This document shows positions 53,801-64,000 of a stretch of DNA of 64,000 nucleotides, in pieces. Source of the stretch: Patescibacteria group bacterium. Its GTDB lineage: Bacteria > Patescibacteriota > Minisyncoccia > Minisyncoccales > RBG-13-42-11. The position numbers were made by a program, and so were the translations under genes. The stretch spans positions 3,823 to 67,822 of the forward strand of contig DATKWJ010000018.1 in the NCBI GenBank assembly GCA_035529635.1. The letters are read 5' to 3'. Below the pieces are notes generated by a model. That model was not told the origin of the DNA, did no database searches, and saw only the letters and a program-made list of their open reading frames with translations. Position 1 is the first letter of the stretch. Every line of letters starts with the position of its first letter.

Positions 53801-56800
53801 AACCGATAATAAGGAGTACTTATCCCCGCTCATTGCTTTATAAATAGTAAGTTGATTTTGAGGATTCGCAGTCCCGATGCCGACGCTGCCGTTATTGGCT
53901 ATATATAAAGCTGAAGCGGAGGAAGAAGCCATGGCATGGAAGATGGGACTACTGGAAATACCTTGAACGGTTAAAATGGCTGCCGGGTTCGCTATTCCAA
54001 TCCCGACGTTGCCGTTAGCGCCTAAGACAAGTTGGTTAGAATTACCGGTTGTGACCAAAGTTGTGGTGGCTGTGCCTATAATAGTCGTTTGACCGGCGCT
54101 GTCGGTTTTTATATTGAGATATTTGGTGTCATCGTAAGCTAAGCGGAGCTGGCCGTTAGCGTCTGTGGAATAAACGTGAAGGGCAGTGGCTGGCGTGGTG
54201 GTGCCGATGCCGACAAATCCATTGGCATTAGCGTTTATATTGAGATTTATATCGTTATGTCCAGATAAACTCCACTCAAGACCGGTCAAAGCATTATGTT
54301 GGGTTGCGAGAAAAGTTCCTGCCGGCAAGTTAGATATACTTCTTAAATCCTGTGTTTCTTCATAAGGAGTCCCATCATTTTTTAAGATTACCCTATAAAG
54401 CAATTTCATTTCCTGATAAGGCAAAATTCCAAGAGTCAAACTTTCATATTTATTGTTATTACGGGCATTAGTGATGGTCGTATCTTCCCTTTGACCCATT
54501 AAGGACACTATTGGGGTAATCGGATCATTAGTGGCGAATATCCAATAAGCAACATACCTGTTAGTGGTGACTGTGGCTGTGGCATTTCCGTTGTTGTAAA
54601 GTAGGTCTGTTCCAGATAATTTATAGTAAGCCGTGCTGGTGGCATCCCACTCAAAATTAGCAGAACCATTTTTGTAAATGACATTGAAATTTGTCTGTTG
54701 GGTTATACTATGTTCTAAATCTTCATCATCAATTATTCCAGCAGTTATTGTCGCATTACTATCTGCAAAAGTTCCAGTTAAACCACTTTCATATCTTACT
54801 CCAACAGTATTATGAAGTGTACGATGAGTCATACCATCCATTATTATCCCGTGTCTTTCTTCTCCCAATAATACTCTGTCTAATGTGGTATTCCAATAAA
54901 CTGTAGCAATTAAGGGGACATCAAACCCCGGATGTGTCGTAGCTTCCGATAATGTCCCTGCGGCATTATAATAAATCCAATGTATTCCCGTAGTATCAGC
55001 AATTTGTTTTGATGCTGTTGTTTTAGTTGTTTTTACTCCATTGATATAAATATCGTGATTCCCAGTTATAGTGAAAGTATATGTAGATGTTGCAAAACTT
55101 AAAGTGGCAGTTTTATCTACAAAACCTGTAGGTTCTGTTACATTAGTAAAAAGAGTTGGTATTGCTATATTTCCAAATGTGTTAACGGTTGTAAAAACAT
55201 TGGCATTTTCTAATGAAGCATAGAGAGTGGAACTTGCCTGCCAGATTGGATCGGTCTCGGTTGTTATAATTCCTGCTAAATTAGAACCGTCTCCGTATAA
55301 AGTAGTTCCATAAATGTTAATTCCTCTAATATCGCCATTGACATCTAAAGTATAAGCAGGTGTCGTCGTCCCGATGCCGACATAGCCTGTTCCTACGGTA
55401 GATGTAGGATTAGTAAAATTACTTAAATTAATGGCGTAAATCAAGTTGCCTATGTTAAGCATGTTGGAACTATCAACTGCCGGTAGATCAGTATTATATC
55501 CGATGACGATATTATTCGAACCAGTAGTAAACGCCTGCCCCGCTTGATATCCCAACAGTAAGTTATTCGCTCCCGTAGTATTGGCAAGCCCTGTTTGATA
55601 ACCAAGAAAAGTATTATTATCTGAACCTGTCTGCACATTGAAACCGCTATTGTATCCGACATAGGTGCCGGATTGATTGGAATAATCGGTTGAACCCTGG
55701 GCGGCGAATGCGCCGACAGCAACAGTAGAAGTCGTTAAAGTATTGAAGTAGAGAGCGGACTCACCCAGAGCCAAATTATATGAACCAGTGGTGTTGGTAC
55801 TGAGAGCGCCCCAGCCCATAGCTGTGTTAGATAGGCCAGTAGTATTGGCATAAAGAGCAGAAGTACCCAAAGCTGAATTATAAGAACCAGTGGCGTTAGA
55901 ATAGAGAGCGGAATCACCTATGGCTGTGTTATGTTTGCCAGTGGTGTTGGTACTGAGAGCGCCCCAGCCCATAGCTGTGTTAGATAGGCCAGTAGTATTG
56001 GCAGAGAGAGCGTAATATCCCACAGCTGAATTCCATTTGCCAGTAGTGTTGAAATAGAGAGCGGAATCACCTACAGCTGAGTTATGATAGCCAGTGGTGT
56101 TGGCACTGAGAGCGCCCCAGCCCAGAGCTGAGTTGCTAAAGCCAGTAGTATTGGAAAAAAGGGTAAAATCTCCTACAGCTGAATTATAAGAGCCAGTGGT
56201 GTTAGAATAGAGAGCGGAATTTCCCATAGCTGTGTTAGAAAAACCAGTAGTGTTGGAACCGAGAGCGCCCCAGCCCAAAGCTGAGTTATAAGAGCCAGTA
56301 GTGTTGGCAGAGAGAGTAGAATATCCCAAAGCAGTGTTCCCCGATATGTTTCCGCCTGTAGAAAACCAAGTAGAACCATCAAAACCAATGACTTCTAGCG
56401 CGGAAGACGGCAGATTTATTTCTTTTATTGAAACATCATCAATAGTCCAAGTACCGCCTTCCCTCCAAGGGTAACTCCAGCTTTCAAACCAGATAGTTTC
56501 TTCGCCGGTGAAGTCGCTTTCCAAAAATACGGTATGGGTACCGGAACCAAAATAAGGATAATAAGTTTGAGACATATTATCAAGCCAATAATAAACAACT
56601 TCTCCGCTCACATTGGAAAGAGTAAAAGTCAATAAATAGGTTTTACCGTTTTCAACGTCAAAAGTAGTAGTAACATCGGCATACCATTCTGCGCCGGTAA
56701 AGACGACAGTCACATCTTTGGTACCGGCATTATAGGTCCCGCAATCATACAGTTCCCAGCCGTCGGCGTTACTGTCAAAGGTACCATTAGTTATAAGTTC

Positions 56801-58234
56801 GCTGCCTGTTGGTATGGCAGTATTGTCTATAGTAAGTTTAGCTGTCGGCCCCGTCGTCCCAATACCGACATTGCCTGAAAAAGTGGAAGTAGCTGCTACC
56901 CTGAAAGTACCATAAACATCTAAGGCATAAGATGGAGAAGTGGTAGCAATACCGACATTACCGTCTAAAGCAACAAATAAAGCGGAAGTAGCTTGCAGAG
57001 AATCGGAGCTGTCGCCGATCAAAGTGTAACCGGCTGGGACCGAAGCCAAACCGGTGCCGCCGTAAGTCACGTCAATAGTTGAAGCGTTCCAGGTGCCGGA
57101 AGTAATCGTGCCTAAAGTGGAAACAGAACTTGCGCCGTTGGGCGAAAGAAAAGAATAATTAGGGACATTGACTCCCTGAATCCGTTTGGCCAGTTCTTGT
57201 TTAGTTGCTGTTTCAAAAAGAGCCAACCTGATTTGCAAATTGGCCAAGGCCTTGTCATCTATTTCAACAGTCTCTCTGGTGATTTCCTTGAGCGGTTCTA
57301 TCTGACTGACCCTGTCTACTTCCTTGACCGTCAAACCTTCTTGTTTCAGTTGGTTGAGTTCCTGCCGAAGAGTTTCCAATTCTTCTTTGGCCGCTTCGTC
57401 GAAAAAAACAATATCCTTGTCGAAAAACATTTTCCAAGGAAAAGCGAAAAATCGATAAGTCCTGACAAAAGGTTCGGCTACGGCCCGGGCCGCCTGCTCT
57501 ATTTTTTCTTCCACGAAATCATTCAAAGCCAAATAATTATTTTTAACGGTATTGCAGAAAAATCGATTTACCGCTTGATATCCTTCAGCTAATTTTTGCT
57601 CAATGAAATCATTGACGACAAGATGACTCTGATTAATCCATTGCCCGTATCCTTCCAACAATTCCCCGACACTTGCCAGATAAACATAGGAAGAGAGGTG
57701 TTCGCCTGAATTTTTAATTTTTAAGTTTAAGTTTTCAATTTCCGCTGCCACGCCCCTGTCGAAATTTTCAGCCAATTCAGCGGAGAAAGCCACAACTTCA
57801 TCGGAAAGATTTTTCACTTTGTTAAAAATTTCCGGGATATCGCTAACCGCAAAATTCTCAACCAAGATTGAATTTATTTTGCCGAAAGCAAAGCCGGAAA
57901 TTAATAAAGTAAAAACTAAAACAGAAGAAAAAACCAAACGACGAAGTTTCAGCGGATTTTCAACCGGCAGATTTCGAGGCGGCAGAACAATCTTTTTTTC
58001 TTCTGTTATTTCATTTTCTCCTGTTGTTTCTAACGCGAGATTATTAAAGCGTTGATTATATTCATTGGTCTTTTCCAAATATTCCTGCAGCCAGTCTTTT
58101 CTGGTTACCCAATTACGGCCGAATTTTACGGCTTTCAATTTTCCCTGGCGGGCTCTCAAAGACAAATACTCCTGCGTATAACTGCAGAATTCCGTTGCTT
58201 TTTTAAGAGATAAATACTCTTCCTCCTCCAACAT
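50840..58234 (-). CDS. giant (2464 aa) membrane-anchored modular surface protein: N-terminal excisionase-type HTH, TM anchor, tail-fibre-like modules, 14-aa NTTG repeats, Asp-box beta-propeller, 5x51-aa repeats, Cys-rich C-terminus
   Basis: A single uninterrupted ORF. The HTH is LSLKKATEFCSYTQEYLSLRARQGKLKAVKFGRNWVTRKDWLQEYL and the TM segment is LVFSSVLVFTLLISGFAFG. A G-x-VGIGTxxP-x(3)-L-x-V motif recurs 8 times as a module delimiter; it is typical of phage tail-fibre-like proteins. Confidence 0.85.
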   Translation of the reverse strand: MLEEEEYLSLKKATEFCSYTQEYLSLRARQGKLKAVKFGRNWVTRKDWLQEYLEKTNEYNQRFNNLALETTGENEITEEKKIVLPPRNLPVENPLKLRRLVFSSVLVFTLLISGFAFGKINSILVENFAVSDIPEIFNKVKNLSDEVVAFSAELAENFDRGVAAEIENLNLKIKNSGEHLSSYVYLASVGELLEGYGQWINQSHLVVNDFIEQKLAEGYQAVNRFFCNTVKNNYLALNDFVEEKIEQAARAVAEPFVRTYRFFAFPWKMFFDKDIVFFDEAAKEELETLRQELNQLKQEGLTVKEVDRVSQIEPLKEITRETVEIDDKALANLQIRLALFETATKQELAKRIQGVNVPNYSFLSPNGASSVSTLGTITSGTWNASTIDVTYGGTGLASVPAGYTLIGDSSDSLQATSALFVALDGNVGIATTSPSYALDVYGTFRVAATSTFSGNVGIGTTGPTAKLTIDNTAIPTGSELITNGTFDSNADGWELYDCGTYNAGTKDVTVVFTGAEWYADVTTTFDVENGKTYLLTFTLSNVSGEVVYYWLDNMSQTYYPYFGSGTHTVFLESDFTGEETIWFESWSYPWREGGTWTIDDVSIKEINLPSSALEVIGFDGSTWFSTGGNISGNTALGYSTLSANTTGSYNSALGWGALGSNTTGFSNTAMGNSALYSNTTGSYNSAVGDFTLFSNTTGFSNSALGWGALSANTTGYHNSAVGDSALYFNTTGKWNSAVGYYALSANTTGLSNTAMGWGALSTNTTGKHNTAIGDSALYSNATGSYNSALGTSALYANTTGLSNTAMGWGALSTNTTGSYNLALGESALYFNTLTTSTVAVGAFAAQGSTDYSNQSGTYVGYNSGFNVQTGSDNNTFLGYQTGLANTTGANNLLLGYQAGQAFTTGSNNIVIGYNTDLPAVDSSNMLNIGNLIYAINLSNFTNPTSTVGTGYVGIGTTTPAYTLDVNGDIRGINIYGTTLYGDGSNLAGIITTETDPIWQASSTLYASLENANVFTTVNTFGNIAIPTLFTNVTEPTGFVDKTATLSFATSTYTFTITGNHDIYINGVKTTKTTASKQIADTTGIHWIYYNAAGTLSEATTHPGFDVPLIATVYWNTTLDRVLLGEERHGIIMDGMTHRTLHNTVGVRYESGLTGTFADSNATITAGIIDDEDLEHSITQQTNFNVIYKNGSANFEWDATSTAYYKLSGTDLLYNNGNATATVTTNRYVAYWIFATNDPITPIVSLMGQREDTTITNARNNNKYESLTLGILPYQEMKLLYRVILKNDGTPYEETQDLRSISNLPAGTFLATQHNALTGLEWSLSGHNDINLNINANANGFVGIGTTTPATALHVYSTDANGQLRLAYDDTKYLNIKTDSAGQTTIIGTATTTLVTTGNSNQLVLGANGNVGIGIANPAAILTVQGISSSPIFHAMASSSASALYIANNGSVGIGTANPQNQLTIYKAMSGDKYSLLSVDQMQLSQLEGGAYFGSVGLRESQWGLTNYATNWVQKTSDAPRDWKGITVSSDGMIQTAVVHDGFIYVSTDYGGTWTQKDAVRGWRHVAMSSDGKIQTAVDNDGYIYVSTNYGNTWAPKASVQKWYSVAISSDGRIQTAVIGSDGTGLIWGSTDHGNTWTQRTSTKKNFLTVAMSSDGRIQTAVVYGDCPAGGNPIWISADYGVTWMQKDLGTPGRLKAVAMSSDGKIQTAILASETGCQYGYIWGSTDYGNTWTQRTSDVSRNWKGIAMSSSGKIQTAVVDAGFTYSSTDYGVTWVQKGTALGLQRVAMSSDGKIQVAFTDQAYIFRSVADSYIIDGNVGIGTKTPLYRLDVTGSIRGTDSFVFSDGSTQTVAGTPDGFGWHVGTASFKQLKSVITEEAVSRDLFFKPDGTKMYIIGSDGDSVYEYNLSTAWDTSSSVYSQLFNVTTEETLPYGLFFKPDGTKMYIIGPQVDEVNEYDLSIPWDISSSVWLQLFSVTTEEGTPSGLFFKPDGTKMYVIGQNGVEVNEYSLSTAWNVSSAIFNQLFSVTTEETTPNGLFFKPDGTKMYIIGQQVDEVNEYSLSTPWDISTAVFNQLFSVTTEETTPEGLFFKPDGTKMYIIGSVGDEINEYDLGLYIGGNVGIGTTTPAYFLTIDAGATSTVALGVHGSAIFTGTVTQSGSLDIAERYPIDSQCQTNQNCPEGGDLVSVTENLIIEKSSVAYDSKLIGVVSESPGFILGGGLNKENSRLVALAGRVAVKVSTENGPIVIGDALTSSVQPGVAMKATKAGRVIGIALENYDGYNKDGKIMIFINPHWQGNDLNIVQNDDGKIVNIKLQQGLASFGLMVNEYGMLEVDTLKTRQLCVGSVCVTEAEFQAIFGTGRGGNGGSDGSSDDGGTSEGETSPDCDVTHLNLCSAELDCQTAGGVWDSENNVCNSKPEPQCDKEHLDLCNTKELCEGANLYWYNDVCNLEQAPEPELEPEPELKP
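51905..52640 (-). repeat. five tandem 153-bp (51-aa) repeats FFKPDGTKMYIIG…EYxLSxxWDxSS…LFxVTTEE
   Basis: The CATCTTTGT landmark recurs at 51950, 52103, 52256, 52409 and 52562, an exact 153-nt period. Confidence 0.85.
52825..53710 (-). repeat. seven Asp-box (BNR, SxDxGxTW) blades, predicted beta-propeller domain
   Basis: There are seven SSDG/SSSG-x-IQ(T/V)A blade cores, and six of them carry a clear Asp-box: STDYGGTW, STNYGNTW, STDHGNTW, SADYGVTW, STDYGNTW, STDYGVTW. Confidence 0.8.
55480..56345 (-). repeat. array of ~14-aa NTTGxxN(S/T)AxGxxAL repeats (YadA-head/Hep_Hag-like) inside the giant ORF
   Basis: …ANTTGSYNSALGWGALGSNTTGFSNTAMGNSALYSNTTGSYNSAVGDFTLFSNTTG…. It includes an exact 66-bp duplication (55785-55850 = 55938-56003). 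Confidence 0.8.
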
Positions 58235-58256
58235 ATTGATTTATTTTCCCTTGAAT

Positions 58257-58281
58257 AAAAAGCCCTGTCAAGGGCTTTTTT
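58257..58281. terminator. bidirectional intrinsic terminator between ftsW and the giant gene
   Basis: AGCCCT-GTCA-AGGGCT flanked by an A-run and a T-run (AAAAAGCCCTGTCAAGGGCTTTTTT). Confidence 0.7.
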
Positions 58282-58316
58282 ACGAATAAAATAAGGGGAA
58301 TATCGGATATCAAAAA

Positions 58317-59399
58317 TTAAGGATTATTTTTAATATTCTGAATGATACCCAAAGCCGCCAAAGTGGCTATTAAACTGCTGCCGCCGTAACTGACTAGCGG
58401 CAAAGATATGCCGATTATCGGCAAGATGCCTAAATTCATACCGATATGGATAAAAAGTTGAGAAATCATAATAATAATCAGACCGATACTGAAAAGACGA
58501 GGAAAATTGCTTTGGCTGTTTACAGCAATCTTAAATATCCGCCAGATTAGAATTAAAAAGAGAAATAACAGAACTGAAACTCCGATTAAACCGGTTTCTT
58601 CGGCAATGGCAGCAAAAATAAAGTCCGTTTGAGGCTCCGGCAGAAAACCGTATTGTGTTTGCGAACCTTTAAATAAGCCCTGACCGAAAATTCCGCCAGA
58701 TCCAATGGCTATTTTCGCCTGATTCTGGCTCCAGCCTGAGCCCAAGGGATCGGCCGACGCCATAAAGCTGATGATTCTGTCTTTTTGATAATCCTTCATC
58801 AAAAAAAGCCAAGCCAGAGAGAAAATCAAAATACCGCAGAAAAATAAAACAAAAAAATGGCGCAGTTTTATGCCGGAAATAACCAAGACGCCAAGCCATA
58901 AAGCGAGCAAACTTATAATGGAGCCGAAATCCGGCTGGAAAAAAGTCAAAGCAGCCGGCAGAAGAACGTAAAAACCGGAAAACAAAATATGCCTTGCCCG
59001 GTACATTTCAATGTGCCTCATGGAAAAATATTTCGCCAGCAGAATCACCAAAATAATTTTGGTAAATTCTATCGGGTCAACGGAAAAAGGTCCCACCTTA
59101 TACCATCTATGCACGCCCCGTATTTCCGGCGCAAAGAAAAAAAGTCCAGCCAGTCCCAATAAAGAAAACAAATACAAAATCAAAATCAAATTGGTATTTT
59201 CCCGGAAAATTCTCCAGTCGAAAAAGCAGAAAAAAAACATCAAAAAAAATCCGACTGCCGCAAAAGCAATCTGTTTTTTGAAATTAGAAAAATCATCTTT
59301 AGACAAAGAACTACTGTAAATGGAAAGCAAGCCGATAGCGACCAACAAACAAGCGGCGACAATCAGCGGCCAATCTAATTTTTTCAACGTTTGCATCAT
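58317..59399 (-). CDS. ftsW: FtsW/RodA (SEDS family) peptidoglycan polymerase
   Basis: 360 aa with ~10 TM helices. Conserved blocks: SVDPIEFTKI, QPDFGS, PEPQTDFIFAAIAEETG and LPLVSYGGSS. Confidence 0.9.
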   Translation of the reverse strand: MMQTLKKLDWPLIVAACLLVAIGLLSIYSSSLSKDDFSNFKKQIAFAAVGFFLMFFFCFFDWRIFRENTNLILILYLFSLLGLAGLFFFAPEIRGVHRWYKVGPFSVDPIEFTKIILVILLAKYFSMRHIEMYRARHILFSGFYVLLPAALTFFQPDFGSIISLLALWLGVLVISGIKLRHFFVLFFCGILIFSLAWLFLMKDYQKDRIISFMASADPLGSGWSQNQAKIAIGSGGIFGQGLFKGSQTQYGFLPEPQTDFIFAAIAEETGLIGVSVLLFLFLILIWRIFKIAVNSQSNFPRLFSIGLIIIMISQLFIHIGMNLGILPIIGISLPLVSYGGSSLIATLAALGIIQNIKNNP

Positions 59400-59400
59400 A

Positions 59401-61757
<2,357 letters not shown>

Positions 61758-61771
<14 letters not shown>

Positions 61772-62294
61772 TTAAGTTTCTTTGAGAAATCATTGTTTGA
61801 ATTTTTATTAAGGGCCGGACCTCCGGTTTCTGGCTTTTTCCCCTGGCTTCCACCAGCAGAGTGACTTTCGGCTGGGTATTCTGACCCTGTCCCCACGATT
61901 CCGAACCAGTGATGCTGAAAGAAATTATCTCCAGGCTCGGCGGAGTCAAATCATTAGTAATGCCGTTTTTAGTTTCTTTCAGTTTTCCTCCTTCAACAAA
62001 GAATTCCTGACAATTGCCCTGATAGTTCTTGAATTTTATGCCGGCCCCCGACCGCGTAGCCTGATAATTGTTCTTGGCCGTAAGGCAGTCGCCGTCAATG
62101 TCTTTTTTGGCCATTCTCAAAGCCCTGCTCAGATATTCCAAGTTGTAAGAAATATTGTCTATTAATTCCTGGGATGCCAAAGTTTTTTGCTGGGATTGGA
62201 CGGCTGACACGAAAAAACCGGTCAGAGTGGCCGCCAAAACCGCGAAAATAGCCACGGCCGTCACCATTTCTATCAAAGTAAAACCTTTATTCAT
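61758..62294 (-). CDS. prepilin-type N-terminal cleavage/methylation domain protein (pseudopilin)
   Basis: MNKGFTLIEMVTAVAIFAVL. Confidence 0.8.
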
Positions 62295-62706
62295 ACCAAT
62301 TATAAAGCTGATTAATAATTTCTACACTCTGTTCCCTTCCCCGCTCACTCCATTTGATGACAACTTCTATTTCCAGACAATCGCTTGATATTTCGCTAAC
62401 TGTAATGCTTTTCTGGAATATGCTTTGGCTGCCGTCGGAAAAATTCAACGGCGTCCAGCTGATCGAAGATATATTCTGATTCCAAGCGCTTCCTTGAAGC
62501 CAATTGGTATCCCTGACATTCTTGATATTTTCAAGTTCCTGCTGGGCAAAATAGTAAGCGACCAATTTTGACTGATTCAAGGAAGTGCTGATCAAGGTCT
62601 GCTGAATCAAGGAATAGCTGCTGAAAACAGCGATGGTTAAAATGAAAACCGCCAAGATCATTTCCAAAATTGTAAATCCTTTGCTGGTCATATTATTCAA
62701 CGCCAA
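62287..62706 (-). CDS. prepilin-type N-terminal cleavage/methylation domain protein
   Basis: …TSKGFTILEMILAVFILTIAVF. Confidence 0.75.
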   Translation of the reverse strand: MALNNMTSKGFTILEMILAVFILTIAVFSSYSLIQQTLISTSLNQSKLVAYYFAQQELENIKNVRDTNWLQGSAWNQNISSISWTPLNFSDGSQSIFQKSITVSEISSDCLEIEVVIKWSERGREQSVEIINQLYNWYE

Positions 62707-63190
62707 TCAGGCCGGCTTTATTGATTCTGATTATTTTCTCCGAACCGCCCGTAAAATTCAAGCTAATCAGAGCCGAAGAGGCGTCGGGAAAAATCGTAAT
62801 AGTCGGATCCGGTGGCGAGAAGAATACGGTCAGGGGGCTGCCGGGCGAAAGAGAATTGATAAAGATTCCTTCTTCAAATTCCAAGATTCCCACCATTTCG
62901 TTGGCGTCGTAATTCTTATCGCCGTCCAAATCAGCGAATAAAATATACTGGCCTGGTTCAGCGGTAGTCAGATAAACGCCGTAGCCGGACGGCACTGTTC
63001 CCTGGAATTCTTTGGCCGACATCGCCATATTTTGGGCCCCTCTTATGTCTTGGGACAATTTGTGGACCGACCTCTGAAGAGAGAATTGTTTTTCACCGGC
63101 CCGATAATTGGCGAAAACAATAATAGAAAGCACGCTGACGATTGAAATCGTTACCAATAATTCTACCAAAGTAAATCCTTTGTTTTTCAT
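62693..63190 (-). CDS. prepilin-type N-terminal cleavage/methylation domain protein
   Basis: MKNKGFTLVELLVTISIVSVLS from the ATG at 63190. The track start at 63238 would overlap pilD. Confidence 0.75.
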   Translation of the reverse strand: MKNKGFTLVELLVTISIVSVLSIIVFANYRAGEKQFSLQRSVHKLSQDIRGAQNMAMSAKEFQGTVPSGYGVYLTTAEPGQYILFADLDGDKNYDANEMVGILEFEEGIFINSLSPGSPLTVFFSPPDPTITIFPDASSALISLNFTGGSEKIIRINKAGLIGVE

Positions 63191-63207
63191 ATATCTTCGC
63201 CTTGCTT

Positions 63208-63987
63208 TTATTTTAGCAGGAAAAACGCCTGATACCAATCAAGCAGCTCGTTTCCCCAAAACAAGGCCAGGAAAGTTCCCGTCACTAAAAAGGGCCCGAA
63301 AGGAATCTCGGATTTAAGGCCTTTTTGGCCGGAGACCATCAGCCCCAAACCGACAACGGCTCCGATGAAAAAAGCCAAAAATAAAGCAACCAAAATATCC
63401 GGCCAACCCAAAAGCAGACCCATCAAAAAAGCCAGTTTAATGTCGCCGACACCCATCCAACGGCCGCGGGAAAGCAAAACTATAGCCAGAAAAAAAGCGG
63501 CGGCCCCGACGGCGCTTAGCACAGAATATTGTCCAATCCTTGCCACCGAACCGGTTCCTTCAATCACCTGATATAAAAAAGCCAGAACAATGGCCGGATA
63601 AATCACCCTGTCAGGAATGATATAATACTTTAAATCGTAAACGAAAATAACGATTAAAAAACAGGAAAATATGAGATAGAAAAAGGAAAAGAGAAAATCA
63701 AAAGAAAAATAAAAAACTATCAAAACGAAGAGCAGGCCAGCGGCCATTTCCACTAAAGGATATTGTAGGGATATCGGTTTTCGGCAGTATCGGCACTTAC
63801 CCCTTAAAAGAATGAAACTCAAAACCGGCAGCAATTCGCGCCACGATAAAAGATGCTGGCATCGGGGGCAAAACGACCGGCCCTTGAGAAAAGACTTCTT
63901 GGCCTCCAAACGGTAAACCAGGCAATTCAAAAAAGAGCCGAAGACCAAACCGAAGATAAAAACAAAAAGATAAAAAAACAAATTCAT
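63208..63987 (-). CDS. pilD: prepilin peptidase (A24 family)
   Basis: 259 aa. The N-terminal Cys-rich region is CPRCQHLLSWRELLPV…GKCRYCRKPIS. It is polytopic, with the conserved Asp contexts IPDRV and GVGDIKL. Confidence 0.85.
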   Translation of the reverse strand: MNLFFYLFVFIFGLVFGSFLNCLVYRLEAKKSFLKGRSFCPRCQHLLSWRELLPVLSFILLRGKCRYCRKPISLQYPLVEMAAGLLFVLIVFYFSFDFLFSFFYLIFSCFLIVIFVYDLKYYIIPDRVIYPAIVLAFLYQVIEGTGSVARIGQYSVLSAVGAAAFFLAIVLLSRGRWMGVGDIKLAFLMGLLLGWPDILVALFLAFFIGAVVGLGLMVSGQKGLKSEIPFGPFLVTGTFLALFWGNELLDWYQAFFLLK

Positions 63988-64000
63988 TTTTTTATTTTAC

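Noticed and set aside
51905-56345. Regularly spaced DNA repeats (153-bp period, a 66-bp exact repeat) considered as a possible CRISPR or other non-coding array
   Set aside because: They lie in frame inside one continuous 2464-codon ORF and translate into coherent protein repeats. There is no repeat-spacer alternation with unique spacers, and no cas genes are present.

Overview
The window reads like a small-genome, CPR/Patescibacteria-like bacterium. This is an inference from gene content: type IV pilin cluster, cupin-type PGI, a giant HTH-plus-TM-anchored surface protein, and host genes that mostly lack Shine-Dalgarno sequences.

The left ~14.7 kb is accessory.
- 1-8.7 kb, minus strand: an AT-rich, tightly coupled type I R-M operon. 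It holds hsdM with a fused N-terminal HTH, hsdS, two unknown small genes, hsdR, and then a truncated unknown membrane protein that the ORF track misses.
- 8.7-13.7 kb, plus strand, divergent: a consensus promoter, a ~250-nt structured leader with terminator/antiterminator logic, a ParB-domain DNA methyltransferase, a small HTH (TerS-like) protein, TerL and a large serine recombinase. No virion structural genes are present.
- An orphan gene and tRNA-Asn close this region.

The remainder is core genome:
- rpoD (with a poly-lysine N-tail) and dnaG, an MscS-like channel, an ACT protein.
- A compositionally atypical orphan gene.
- Two tandem half-size MFS genes, tRNA-Ser, inositol-3-phosphate synthase, htpX, lemA.
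- groES-groEL with promoter and CIRCE.
- uvrA, secG, a family-5 SBP carrying a peptidoglycan-binding insert, cupin PGI, galU.
- A tRNA-Leu 5' fragment followed by tRNA-Leu(CAG).
- rnj, trpS, ychF, rpsF-ssb-rpsR, recA, ftsK, rpoB-rpoC.
- An O-antigen-ligase/TPR membrane protein and a 2464-aa modular surface protein.
- ftsW, ligA, and a pilin/prepilin-peptidase cluster.

The best candidates for something undescribed are:
1. The two-gene module (beta-flower-like protein plus coiled-coil/TM protein) embedded in the R-M operon, together with the unknown membrane protein after hsdR.
2. The leader RNA and the minimal ParB-MTase/TerS/TerL/serine-recombinase cassette.
3. The giant mosaic surface protein with its exact internal DNA repeats.

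No CRISPR array or rRNA was seen. All homology statements come from motif recognition by eye; no searches were run.
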